Of a stretch of DNA of 64,000 bases, positions 26,400-40,442 are shown piece after piece. The notes under the pieces are model-generated. The model was given only the letters and a program-made list of their open reading frames with translations. It ran no database searches and had not been told where the DNA came from. The stretch is from Octopus sinensis (Eukaryota), in contig NW_021832529.1 in assembly GCF_006345805.1 (NCBI RefSeq), positions 49,449 through 113,448 of the forward strand, given 5' to 3'. Every line of letters starts with the position of its first letter. Positions within the stretch are counted from its first letter, which is position 1. Both the position numbers and the translations under genes were made by a program.

Positions 26400-26400
<1 letters not shown>
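24740..26400 (-). mobile_element. CR1-group LINE fragment split by a piggyBac MITE
   Basis: 24740-25195 and 26341-26400 join into a sequence colinear with 18440-18640. Confidence 0.75.
25200..26336. mobile_element. Non-autonomous piggyBac element with TTAA TSD
   Basis: TTAA|CCCTTTCGTTAC ... GTAATGAAAGGG|TTAA; empty-site homologue gcattaaactgcat at ~18590. Confidence 0.9.
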
Positions 26401-26890
<490 letters not shown>

Positions 26891-26891
26891 A

Positions 26892-27375
26892 ATATGTTTT
26901 ATGATCTAAAATGCTCCAGCTAGGGCGTGGTTGAACAAATCTTAGGAAATTGAACCATATTCATTATTGAATAGAAATCTAATCTGTTTCTCCTCTAAAT
27001 ATTTAACTTTCTAAGTAAAGCTGCAACGTGACTTAACTATGAAAATGAGAGGGAGAGACTAAGAGTGAGAGGGCGGGGAGGGAGGGAGAGGCAGACAGAC
27101 AGGCAGAGGGTGGGTGCAATAAAGCCTAGAGAGATATAACAACGCAACAACTAAAAAATATCGGACAATGCCTGTCTGTCTGCCTCTCCCTCCCTCCCCG
27201 CCCTCTTACTCTTAGTCTCTCCCTCTCATTCTCATAGTTAAGTCACGTTGCCGCTTTACTTAGAAAGTTAAATATTTAGGGGAGAAAGAGATTAGATTTC
27301 TATTCAATAATGAATATGTTTCAATTTCGTAAGATTTGTTCAACCACGCCCTAGCTGGAGCATTTTAGATCATAA

Positions 27376-27382
<7 letters not shown>
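26892..27382. mobile_element. Foldback/MITE element (~215-bp arms, short spacer) embedded in (TA)n
   Basis: atatgttttatgatctaaaatgctccagctagggcgtgg... / ...ccacgccctagctggagcattttagatcataaaacatat. Confidence 0.88.
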
Positions 27383-27430
<48 letters not shown>

Positions 27431-27432
<2 letters not shown>

Positions 27433-29620
27433 TCCTCATCATCATCATCATCATTTAGCGTCCGTTTTCCATGCTAGCATGGGTTGGACGGTTCTACTGG
27501 GGTCTGTGAAGCCGGAAGTCTGCATCAGGCCCAGTCAGATCTGACAGTGTTTCTACGGCTGGATGCCCTTCCTAACGCCAACCACTCCGTGAGTGTAGTA
27601 GGTGCTTTTTACATGCCACCCGCACAGGTGCCAGACGGAGCTGGCAAACGGCCACGAACGGATGGTGCTTTTACGTGCCACTGGCACAGGGGCCGGGCGA
27701 GGCTGGCAATGGACATGAGCGGATGGTGCTTTTTACGTGCCACCGGCACGGGGGCCAGGCGAGGCTGGCAGCAGACACGAACGGAAGGTGCTTTTATGTG
27801 CCACCGGCACGGAGGCCAGTTGGGGCGGCGCCGGCAACGGCCACGATCGGATGGTTCGCTTAACCACAGCTGCAACTTCCACTGATGCTGATCGACCTCA
27901 ATTTTGGTTCTGCTTTCTGATATCTGATTTGATTTGGTTTGATTTTCATTTTGATTTTGATTCTGACTGTTCTCATTGGTCTTGCCGGGTCTTCTCACGC
28001 ACAGCATACTTCCAAAGGTCTCGGTTCCTTAGTGAGACCTAAAGTTCGAAGGTCGTGCTTCACCACCTCGTCCCAGGTTTTCCTGGGTCTACCTCTTCCA
28101 CAGGTCCCCTCAACTGCCAGGGTGTGGCACTTTTTCACACCCCTATCTTCATCCATTCTCGCCACATGACCATACCAGCGCAATCGTCTCTCTTGCACAC
28201 AACAACTGATGCTTCTTAGGTCCAACTTTTCTCTCAAGGTACTTACACTCTGTCGATTATGAACACTGACATTACACATCCATCGGAGCATACTAGCTTC
28301 ATTTCTTGCGAGCTTACGCAAATCCTCAGCAGTCACAGCCCATGTTTCACTACCATGTAGCATGGCTGTACGTACACATGCATCATACAGTCTGCCTTTT
28401 ACTCTGAGCGAGAGGCCTTTTGTCACCAGCAGGGGTTAAGAGCTCTATAAACTTTGCCCAGGCTATTCTTGCTCTAGCAGTTACACTTTCAGCACACCCA
28501 CCCCCGCTACTGACTTGGTCACCTAGGTAACGGAAGCTATCAACTACTTCTAGTTTTTCTCCCTGGAACGTGGTAGAAGTTGGTCTCTGCATATTTTCAG
28601 AGTTTATTGCTCCTGAGCATCTGCCACAGATAAAAACTATTTTCCTAGTTAGTCTTCCTTTGACATTACTACATCTCTTATGTGTCCATAGCTTACATTT
28701 AGTGCATCTTATAGAGTTTCTACCTACGCCTTTTCTACAGATCAAGCAGGGCCATCTACCTGAAGGCGTTTGTGATTGGTCTACCTTCCTACATATTAGG
28801 ACTTTGGTTTTGGCTAGGTTGATTCTAAGGCCCTTCGATTCTAAACCTTGCTTCCACACCTGAAACTTCTCCTCCAGTTCTGATAGAGACTCAGCAATTA
28901 GAGCAAGGTCATCAGCATAGAGGAGCTCCCAGGGGCATCCTGTCTTGAATTCCTCCGTTATTGCCTGGAGGACTATGATAAATAGGAGGGGACTGAGGAC
29001 TGAACCTTGGTGGACCCCAACCTCTACCCGGAATTCTTCACTGTACTCGATGCCAACCCTCACCTTGCTAGCAGCATCTCTGTACATGGCTTGTACAGCT
29101 CTCACTAACCATTCATCTATCCCTAGTTTCCTCATTGACCACCAGATAAGAGATCGGGGGACCCTGTCGAAGGCTTTCTCCATATCAACAAAAGCCAGGT
29201 ATTGGGGCTTGTCTTTGGCTAGGTATTTCTCCTGCAGCTGTCTTACCAGGAATATAGCATCAGTAGTATTTTTCCCTGGCACGAACCCAAACTGCATCTC
29301 ATCTAAGCTAACTCTCTCTCTAATTAGTTGGGCTATAACCCTCTCCGTAACCTTCATTACCTGATCCAACAGCTTGATACCCCTGTAGTTATTTGTATCA
29401 AGGGCGTCACCTTTACCTTTGTAACAGTTGACTATTATGCTGCTACACCAGTCATTGGGTATGACTCCTTCGTGTATCACCTGGTTAACTATACGAGTGA
29501 CTAGGCTATAGCCGACACTACCAGATATTTTGAGCATCTCTGCAGTAATTCCTGATGGGCCTGGGGCTTTCCCTGTTTTCATGCTTGTAATTGCCTTAAC
29601 TACTAAGGAACTGTTCCTTT
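27431..29620 (-). mobile_element. 5'-truncated RTE-clade LINE with nearly complete RT domain (one frameshift near 28430)
   Basis: KAPGPSGI, NYRGIKLL, QFGFVPGK.TTDAIF, AFVDMEKAFDRVP, GVHQGSVLSPLLF, LYADDL, FRYLG, LRWYGHVARM; same 3' UTR and (ATG)n tail as 20394. Confidence 0.95.
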
Positions 29621-29846
29621 CTAATAGATTTTTTCCTCTTATCTGCATGATAAGAGGAAAAAATCTATCAGAAAGGAACTCTAATCTCTCTTTAAAAAAT
29701 ATATTTTGATAAGCATAACAAATGCGCAACCGGAAAAAAGAACTTCACCTAATTAAATTACTTAAATTACTTAAATTATTTTGTCAGCATTTTCTTCATT
29801 TCCTTTTTTATATATCACAACTCGTGTTCCACTTCTCCTTTTTTAA

Positions 29847-29898
<52 letters not shown>

Positions 29899-30144
29899 GA
29901 TCGTTGTGGTCCTCAATAAAGAGTCCTGTGAATTCCATTTTCTGTCTATTTTATATATATGAAAGCATTTGGTGGGGGGGGGGGAACTATACTGCCTATA
30001 CTGTTTTACATTTATTTACAATATATCCAGGTTTTCTGTTACATTGTAAGGTTTATTTGTTTTAGGTGGAATTGATATTTGTTGTCTCTAAGTAGGGTGT
30101 GGTTGGCTTTTGCAAACATTTCACATGAGTATAAATGGGTGTTA

Positions 30145-30176
<32 letters not shown>

Positions 30177-30399
30177 ATATATATATATATAAGGTGCAGG
30201 AGTGGCTGTGTGGTAAGTAGCTTGCTAACCAACCACATGGTTCCAGGTTCAGTCCCACTGCGTGGCACTTTGGGCAAGTGTCTTCTGCTATAGCCCCGGG
30301 CCGACCAATGTCTTGTGAGTGGATTTGGTAGACGGAAACTGAAAGAAGCCCATCGTATATATGTATATATATATGTGTGTGTGTGTGTGTGTACATACA

Positions 30400-31410
30400 T
30401 AGTAGTTGATAGCTTCTGTTACCTAGGTAACCAAGTCAGTAGTGGGGAGCGGGTGTGCTGAAAGTGTAACTACTGGAATAAGAATAGCCTGGGCAAAGTT
30501 CAGAGAACCCTTACCTCTGCTGGTGACAAAGGGCCTCTCACTCAGAGTAAAAGGCAGACTGTATGACGCATGTGTACAAACAGCCATACTACATGGCAGT
30601 GAAACATGGGCCGTGACTGCTGAGGACATGCGTAAGCTCGCAAGGAATGAAGCCAGTATGCTCCGATGGATGTGTAATGTCAGTGTACATACTCGACAGA
30701 GTGTAAGTACCTTGAGAGAAAAGTTGGACCTAAGAAGCATCAGATGGGGTGTGCAAGAGAGACAATTGCGCTAGTATGGTCATGTAGCGAGAATGGATGA
30801 AGATAGTTGTGTTAAAAAGTGCCACACCCTAGTGGTTGAGGGAATCTGTGGAAGAGGTAGACCCAGGAAAACCTGGGATGAGGTGGTAAAGCACGACCTT
30901 TGAACATTAGGCCTCACCGTGGCAATGACTAGTGACTGAGACCTTTGGAAATATGCTGTGTGGGAGAAGACCCTGCAGGACAAATGAGACCATAACTCAA
31001 GGCCTTTATCAGGGATGTAGCCAGCCCACTTATGCATACCTTTCCTTCTTTGGACACTAAACTCTGCTTGCGAAGACCTGTTGAGGCAAGTGAAATCGAA
31101 ATTGAACCAAATTCGATGACTGCCACCTGTGCCAGTGGAGCGCTAACAGCTTCATCCAAGCAAGATCACTGCCAGAGCAGCTGTCATGTTTCCGTGCCGG
31201 TGGGCACGTAAAAATCACCATTTGAGTGTGATCGTTACCTGCATTGCCTTACTGGCACATGAACAAAACATTCGAGCGAGGTCATTACCAGTGCCCCTGG
31301 ACTGACTCCTGTGCAGGTGGCACGTAAAAAACACCATTTCGAGTGTGGCCGTTGCCAGTTCCGCCAGACTGGCCCTCGTGCTGGTGGCACGTAAAAGCAC
31401 CCACTACACT
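30400..31410 (+). mobile_element. RTE-clade LINE 3' fragment with stops and diverged 3' UTR
   Basis: ORF 30442-30774 AWAKFRE...LHGSETW...LRWMC; colinear with the 28000-28500 region. Confidence 0.88.
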
Positions 31411-34400
31411 TTCGGAGTGGTTAGGGTTTGTTTAAAGAAGTCTTGCCCTGGTATGTGATGTGTTTTTTATTTTCCCTTGGCGAAGGAGTAATTATCGTAA
31501 TGCACCTTCATGCATTAAATATGGTAATGAACCCCTGGAATGGCCATAGGGAATGTAAATATGGTTTCTTCTTTTTTGCTTGGACACTGTCTTTTCCTAA
31601 TAGGTCTTCCCCTTATCTTAAAAAATAATTTTTAATCGAAAAAATTTCTAAACGATGAACTTTTATCTTACCTTATATATTATATATGTATATATATATG
31701 TGTATATATATATGTGTGTATATATATATATGTGCACACACACACACACTCATGTGTATTTTACTGTCTTGAGAGGATCGTTACACCAATAACACACACA
31801 CACACACACACACAAGTTCAATGCCACTTCTCATACAATGTAAACATGAACATAGTAATAGTGGACTTATGATAATGAACAATATGTCTCTTCTGTGTGA
31901 ACTATATGAAATAGGACTTCATGCACTGCATGCAGTTCTCTAGAAAGGAATTAGATATAAGGATGCCAGTGGAACCTGCTCTAGACATTGGGGCAAACAT
32001 TGGAGCAAAATACAGAGGATTTGTGACTGAGCAAACACTTGGTATAAAGCAGATGAATATCAAGGAGTGATGTTTGTAGAGGCTGTGCTGCATTAGAAGT
32101 TTAGAAAGGCCCTGAAGGACACCAAACTCAATGTTAAGATTGTTGAGAAACTAGTGAGATCCACAATTATGAAAGATGTGCCCCTTTGATAAGATCACAT
32201 GCACTGATAAGAACTGTAGTTTATACTTTTAACTCCACTATTAACTGTAAGACCAGGAATGTGGTCTGCAGCATAAAACGCATGGAGATGGTGTACAAGA
32301 TACATTTGGAGAGAGGAAATGGACAATGGTGGAAGTATGACAGGAGACAGCCATCTATACTCTATCAATATGGTGGCATGGTTGACTGAATTAACATTGA
32401 TATTTTGTCTAAACATCCAAGAGACCCTTTGATTAGACAAATACATTAGAATATCCTCATAAACAAAACATTACCAATACTGAATAGAAAATACAGATAA
32501 TAGGTTGTAGAAATTCAACGTTACTATTACCACTCATGTAATATGCATACATGGGTGTGTCCATGTGGGTGGATTGGTAGGCATGTGTATGATGATATAG
32601 GCAGGTATAAAAAAGGTTGGGGTAGAATAACAGTAGAATGCAAGTAAACCCATACAAATAGATACATGTAAGTATGCACAATTGCACATGTATAGGCATG
32701 GGTAAGTATAGATAATGTAGGAAATATGACAGAAGGCTATCAGGGAATGCATACAAATAAATACATATAGGCGTAGGAGTGGCTGTGTGGTAAGTAGCTT
32801 GCCTACGAACCACATGGTTCCGGCTTCGGTCCCACTGCGTGGCACCTTAGGCAAGTGTCTCCTGCTATAGCCTCAGGCTGACCAAAGCCTTGTGAGTGGA
32901 TTTGGTAGATGGAAACTGAAAGAAGCCTGTCGTATATATGTATATATATATGTCTGTGTTTGTCCCCCCAACATCGCTTGATAACTGATGCTGGTGTGTT
33001 TATGTCCCCATAACTTAGCGGTTCGGCAAATGAGAATGATAGAATAAGTACTAGTCTTACAAAGAATAAGTTCTGGGGGTCGATTTGCTCGACTAAAGGT
33101 GATGCTCCAGCATGGCCGCAGTCAAATGACTGAAACAAAAGAGTAAAGAGTATATAGGTGTGAACAATGCCTATACACAACCATACACATGCACACATAA
33201 ACACACAGAGGAACACAACCACACACATACATGCAAGCATACACACAGATTCTTGCTTATTTAAAAAACTGCCAGATATGCACACACACATGCTGGAATA
33301 CACTCAGATAATACACACATACACACATACATACTCACTGAACTGACTAAACCACACAAATATGCATGCTAGACCACACACTTGTGCACGATCAGATGCT
33401 CACACGTACATCATCCCTGTTCTCCCCTCCCCCTCCCTACATAAAGAGCTACACTTCTTCACTAATGGGATCCAAACACTGCAATGTTGATGGAAGAAGT
33501 GTGTGGACCACAAGAAGGACTATGTTGAAAAATAAATCCCATTTGATCACATTCCATGAGAGTTTTTTGGTTAGCCAAAGAACTTTTCAACTGGTCCTTG
33601 GGATCAGTGTTACTGCAGTAAAATAGATTTATTTTGACCAAACATGCAATATTAGTTATATCACTCTAGGTACTGAGTTCAAATCACACTGGAAATGTCT
33701 TGGCTTTTTGTTTTTATAGAATCGGTAAAATAAACGGAAGACATATATTGAAGTTTATTGAAGCCAGTGTCCTCCCTCAAAATAGGTGGTATTGTGCTAG
33801 CAAGCTGGCAGAATCGTTATTGTGGCAGACAAAATGCTTAGCTGTGTTTTTTCCAGTTTTATGTTTTGAGTTCAAATGTTGCTATAGTTGATAGTGCTTT
33901 CATCTAAATCATTAAATGACTACCAGTTGAGGATTGGAGTTGATGTAATTGACTAGCCCCCTCTCCTAAAAATATTTCAGGCCTAGTACCGTTAGTAGAA
34001 AGAATCATTATGACTCTCTAATTCCATATAATTAAGTGGCTTCTCAAGTAGGCCTCTTAAAATGTCAGATTACTAATCCAACTTGTTTGATTTTCCAACA
34101 ATCATCAAGTGTTCTTGGTTTGCTAAACTAGAACCTGATTGATTATGCCAGTGGTGCTTATCTCCCTAAAACAAAAGAAATGGTAACACTGACTATCACT
34201 GATTTACTTCCTGTCTTAAACATATCTTCTCTGATGTTGATGCACCAATGGAAGCACTCCGAACAAAATTATGTAAGGGAAATAATCAATATAGCTATCT
34301 TTTACAGTCATTGGATTGTGACCATGCTGGGGTACCACCTTCAAGAATTTAGTGGATCAAATTGACCCCAATTCTTATTTTTAAGTCTGTTACTTATTCT

Positions 34401-34424
34401 ATCTATCTCTTACTGTAATAATGT

Positions 34425-34721
34425 ACTGCCGAAGATCTTCAATACTTGGCTTCCTCTGATTTACAAACTTGGTTTCCTTGACTTACAAACTGTTCAAAAA
34501 ATTGAGACTTGCGATCAGGATCATCCTTCAGAAGTCCATGAATTAGGCGCGGAATGTAAAGTTTCATATTGAGTTTTGTAAATATTTTATGTAATGATGT
34601 TTGTTTGATACCAATTTCTGAACTACCACTGTGAATTGATTTCTTTGGGCTTCTTACATATACCTCAGCAACTGTAGTCATATTTTCTTCAGCCTAACTA
34701 TATACTAACTTTATGGATGCC

Positions 34722-34724
<3 letters not shown>
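34425..34724 (-). mobile_element. Tc1/mariner-superfamily transposase N-terminal fragment with one TIR
   Basis: RSPKKSI...SLHKIF.KL.MKLY..RLIHGLL.DDPDR..QF; terminus TA|CAGGGCATCCATAAAG on the minus strand. Confidence 0.65.
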
Positions 34725-34761
<37 letters not shown>

Positions 34762-35089
34762 TAGAGATAAAACCACTATTAGGCAACTCAAGCAGTGATA
34801 GACATAAACTAATACATAAATAACAAAAAATATAAATATAATTAATATAATATATATATATAAAATATAAAATTTTAATTTTTATATTTTTTTTAATAAC
34901 CAAAAAGTATAAAAAAAGATAAATATAATATGAGTAACTTTTCCCTGCAAGTTTGGATATAATCCCTAATATTGTTATTATATATATATATAATATATAT
35001 ATATATATAGGTTGAGTACAGAAATTCGGGGTGAGTACTTGATAAATGTAAGCACCTGTATATACCGTTAGGTGGTGTAGGTGGTGGAG

Positions 35090-35544
35090 TAAAATGATCA
35101 AAATAAAAACATGATGCCAAGGATTCAGCGGTACATATGTTTCGGGCCTTTATTAGACAGATTTATAACAATGCATAATGTATGTCTGTGGCCTTCTTCA
35201 GCCGCGCACAACAACTTCTTCCACAAGGACATGTGTTACATCAAAAATTCTTGGTTGGGGATGCAAATCCTCTCATTCGCGTACGACATAATGCGGCAAC
35301 AGCATAGAAGTGAAGCGTCCATCTCGTTATGCTGTTGCCGCATTATGTCGTACTCGAATGAGAGGATTTGCATCCCCAACCAAGAATTTTTGATGTAACA
35401 CATGTCCTTGTGGAAGAAGTTGTTGTGCGCGGCTGAAGAAGGCCACAGACATACATTATGCATTGTTATAAATCTGTCTAATAAAGGCCTGAAACATATG
35501 TACCGCTGAATCCTTGGCATCATGTTTTTATTTTGATCATTTTA
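35090..35544. repeat. Almost perfect foldback palindrome (~217-bp arms, ~20-nt spacer)
   Basis: ORFs 35111-35398 (+) and 35236-35523 (-) translate almost identically; only a few arm mismatches. Confidence 0.95.
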
Positions 35545-37462
35545 TATATATATATATATATAATATTGTTGACATCATAAGAATTTATAAAGTTTCTAGA
35601 TAACATGGAATAACTCTTTTTAGGAATTGGTTCTTGAAGTACACCTAAAACTATAAGTAATATCATATAAATATTGGGTTGAAAAACCCTTTTTTGATAG
35701 GAAAAATCAAAGGCTGCCCCTATGAATCGAACCCACATCTCCTGTAGACATGACAAGCATTCTACTGTTGTATGAAAACAATCCTTCGAATTTTTTTATC
35801 CATTTTAGAAACTGTATTCTCACCAGTGTCAATTGTATGCTTGTGTGGGTTGGATGGGTTAGCCAACTCTGAGTCAGTTCTTATTTATGTCCTCTTAGAC
35901 AAATCAGAATACCATGTCTCTCACTTGTATATTACATTTTTGGCTTGTTTTCTACAGTTGCAGACATTGCAGTAATGATTTCCATCATTTGGGAGTAGAT
36001 TAGACCCAGCTATACCCTGTTTTTTTTTTTTTCCTTCGGGAAGCCTTCTTATCTCCCTCAATACTGCACACCCTCAATTTAGGGGTCTTGTCTTGTGAGT
36101 TACCTAGAAACTTCACTGTCAGTGCTGCATGAAAGCACCCTGTACACACTGTAAAGTGGCTGGTATTAGAAAGGGTATCAAGCTGTAAAAATCATGCTAA
36201 AGCAGACATTTGAGTTTGGCATAGTCTTCTGGCATATCTACTTCTGTCAAACTGTCCAACCCCTGCCAGCATGGGATATGGATGTTAAATGATGATGGAG
36301 AGAAAAATTTCATTTCAAATCACAAGTGTTAAACACATTGCCAAATTTCTTTTAGTAATATGTTAGATTATTTATATATATATATATATGTGTGTGTGTA
36401 TAATGTAAAGCAGATTGTATGATGCTTGTGTATGAACGGTTGTACTTCATTGTAGTGGGACAGGGACTCTAAATGCAGAAGACATGCATAAACTCGAGAG
36501 TAATGAAGCTAGTATGTTGTAATGCACATGTAACATAAATGTGCATGTACAATAAAGTGTAATAGAGATAAAGAAGTGTCAATCATTTAAAGTTGATGGC
36601 AAATATGGAAGAAGACATGGGATGAAGTAGTGAGGACTGATTACAAGATGTTAGGCTTCACAGACTGAGATGTCTGGTTTTATGAGGTTCTTGAGAAGAC
36701 CCACCCACCTCAGCAAAACTGAATTCTAGAAGTACTGTGTTACACCCATATGTAACATTAAAAAGCTTTTCACACACCTTACCCTAATAAACGAAACTAC
36801 ATCTCCCCTTCGCCTCTTCCTCACTCCTGCAGCCCAGTTCTGTCCTCACTGCCCCACCCACTGTATCATTGTGATCCTGTTTCCCTCCACCCAACCACTC
36901 TGTATAACCAAGGTTTCACTAGATGCTGCATTCCACCCTCCCCGCTTTGCATTCTCATGAACTCTCTACTCATGCACCCTTAGCAATGCTCTACCATCGA
37001 ATTTGTATTCTCATCTCTATACCTTAAGAGTATCTCCTGGCATATCACCACCATCTCTCTCACTCTCGTTCTCTTCCACTCTTGCTTTCCCTCATTCTCA
37101 ATTACTCTCTCTATCTCTCTCTCTCCAACAATGGTAACCATATATCTCTTCTACAGCAAGACACCTGCTTCTGACCCTCTTTTATACTCTAATCCCTCAT
37201 CACCAGGCACAAAGCGACCTCCTTCAATACCATCCCACCTCTCAGAGGACTTTTGTCTTGCAAGTTACTTGGTAACCTCACTGGTGTTGGTGCCACATAA
37301 AAAGCATTCAGTCCACATTGTAAAGTGGTTGGCATTAGGAAGAGCATCCTGCTGTAAAAGCCATATGCAAAGTAGACCTTACCAGTGCTGGTGCCATGTG
37401 AAAAGCATTCAGTTCACATTATAAAGTGATTGGCATTAGGAAAGGCATCCAGCTGTAAAAAC

Positions 37463-37876
37463 TGTAGTGATGCTACTGTGTAGGGTTCACCGCGCATGCG
37501 CAGAATGGGACTACTTCCGGGTGGCCACCGGAAGTCTTCCCCATGCACATGTGCGGGAAACGATCCCTAAGGCCCGCTAAACTCGATTCATTCTCTCTGG
37601 CCGTCAGCCCTCGTGAACAGACGTGCATTCGTAGACTCTGATAATTACACCGACTTAGCCGCGGACGACATCGAACCACTTCAACCAACGAACAAGAAGC
37701 TGTACAACAGATTCGGCTGTCGTTTTCCCATCAGATATACGTACACCATCGCAATTAATAAACAAACTGCTGTCTTTCACCGATAACCTGACTTCGTCCG
37801 TTATATCTTACTAAATTGTATGTGACAGGATCGGATCGACACCCTTTCAGTGATACCGATACCAGATCCTGTTACA
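37463..37876 (+). repeat. Solo Gypsy LTR (family 1) with 4-bp TSD AAAC, inserted in an RTE-tail repeat
   Basis: aaac|TGTAGTGATG...CCTGTTACA|aaac; uninterrupted host sequence ctgtaaaaaccatgcc at ~53900. Confidence 0.93.
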
Positions 37877-39006
37877 AAACCATGCCAAAACAGACAGTGA
37901 GGCTTTGTGTAGTCCTCTGGCTTGCCAGCTCCTGTTGAGCTGTCCAACACATTGGCATGGACAAATGGATGTTAAATGATAATGATATATAATCCAAATA
38001 AGAGAAAGAAAGACTTTGACACATCTTTAATGATCAGTACCAACTCTTTTCTGTACCAACTCTGCTTTGAATGCCAGTTTATGCAAAAGTTCAAAGTGAA
38101 AATTTATGTAATATTTGTGATCTTAGACATTAGAGTAGCACTTTCTCAGACCTTTATCAAATGTGCACTTTTACATGGTGTGTCTGCCAGACTTTGCATT
38201 TTGCTTATATCAGGAAGAAACAAAAAGTAAATAAAAGCATGGTTAGGAGATGAAAGAAAAAAATGATGACGAAAGAGGACAAGAACATTAAGAAGTTAAA
38301 GATGGAGAATTGGTAGAAGCAGAAGAAAGAGAAAGCTAAACAAATAGTTGAATGGTAGAAGTGAGTTAGTGTTTACAATTACAAGTAAACCGACAGACGC
38401 CAGTATCAAATTACAATTGATGGGTGAAATATCATTTCAGTTTAGTACAAGCGACAAAATTAAAAAGGCTAAAAGGGAAAGAAGGATGAAATTAAAAACA
38501 ATAGCAATACTAATAATAGGAAAAGGATAATCCTTACTACTAAATTATGGGGGAATGGACTAGTTGATTATATTGATCCCAATGTTTCACTGGTACTTAA
38601 TTTATTGACCTCGAAAGGATGAAAGGCAAAGTCAACCTTGATGGAATTTGAACTCAGAATGTAAAGACACAAAGCATTTTGCCTGGCATGCTAACGATTC
38701 TGCCAGCTCACTGCCTTGATAATAATAATGATACTATTAATAATAAGGACAATAATACTAGTATTATAAATAATGACAATAGCAATGATAATAATCCTTT
38801 CTACAAGGCCTGAAATTTTGGGTAGGGGTCTAGTTGATTACATTGACCCCAGTGTGTGACTGGTACTTATTTTATCAACCCCAATAGGATGGAAGACAGA
38901 GTCGACTGGGGCGGAATTTGAACTCAGACTGTAAGGCAGGAAGAGATACCACTAAGCATTTTGCCTGGCATGCTAATGATTCTGCTAGCTCTCTGCCTTA
39001 ACAACG

Positions 39007-39061
<55 letters not shown>

Positions 39062-39139
39062 CACTATTAATAATAATAAAGACAGTAATACTAGTATTAT
39101 AAATAATGGCAATAACAATAATATGAATAATGATAATGT

Positions 39140-40040
39140 TCATTAACCACTAAGGGTTCACAAAAACATTGGGGACAGTACAGGACAATACAATGTGGGG
39201 TTAGATAAAAGGCATGTAAAAAATAAAACAATCTCAATGTAAATTATAACAATGAATAATTCCCCAAAAGAAGGAGACTTCTTAGGGCTGCTTGTGGAGA
39301 TCCCACAAAAACCAGGATTGTGCTGACCACTAGGACAAGTGCTCTCTTTACATTGTCCTCCTTCAACTAACAGGTGCATGCTTAGTTGGACCATTCACTT
39401 GGACCATTCTTGCAACATTCACCCACCTTTTAGTAAAATTATGGGGAAGCAGCACTTCCCTTTCCACCCGCACTTTCCATTAAGTTGAAGGCTTGGCCAA
39501 AGAGGAAAGTGTCTGTCTTCAGCCCTTTCAATATGGTCCACCACACAACCTCGTTTGCTAAGGCTATCAAGCAAAGAAAGACAATCCTGCCACCTTCCTT
39601 CCTTTCGCTGGGAAGTCCTGCCAGGTACCCCCTGGTAGTACTGCAAAGTCAAGGATTTCTGGAAATTATCCGTAGGCCCTGGCTCAAAACCTTGAAACAG
39701 ACCAACCAGTTGATTCTAACCAATGCCCAGAATCTCCCCGAGAACATCATTGTACTCGTCTGCCACTAACCCTCTATAGAAAGCCAGAGTGGATCTTCCA
39801 CTGACTACTTTTCCTGATTGACAGAGGACTGTGAGCACCTGACAACACTCTGTTTATGCTTGATCCAAGACTGCAGCTCAGTCAAAGAGACAAACTGCGG
39901 AAAATCCCATCTGAAAAACTATGACCATACCTTCTCACCATCAAGGAAGTACTGGAGATGCCATAACTTCAGCACATGTTTGTACATCAGTAGCCACAGC
40001 ATGCCCAGCCCTCCATTCAGCAGATGTTGATAGCAAATGG
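39140..40040 (-). mobile_element. Degenerate L1/Tx1-like LINE ORF2 C-terminal region
   Basis: Minus-strand peptides NGGLGM.WL, FPQFVSLTELQSWIK and DNFQKSL..QYY.G with stops and frameshifts; recognised by resemblance only. Confidence 0.5.
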
Positions 40041-40442
40041 AGCACCTGAACAAAGGAACTCATTCCTTTCACAAAAAAAACAGAAGGGTGGAAAGTAAGC
40101 TAGCAGAAGTATTCTGCCGACCTTAGAATGTGACATGCAGAGACATAACAGAAAAGGAGAAAAAGAGGGAAGAAGTTAGTAAGGGGTAGGGTGTGCCTTA
40201 AAGAGTTAGAGTAGAAACTTAAAATTAAGGAAGAAACCAAAATTTGGTTGGGATATTTATAAAATATTTAGTTTTGAATAAACATACAGCTGGTAATGAA
40301 ATAGGGTGAATTGAAATAAGATACAATTCAAAATTAAAATATGTCTCGGAACAGTGGTAGAGTACCAAGACAGAGTTGTAAAATAAGGAGAAAAGTATAT
40401 AGTGTTGCTATTGCTATATGTAAGAATATAGATACTTATATA

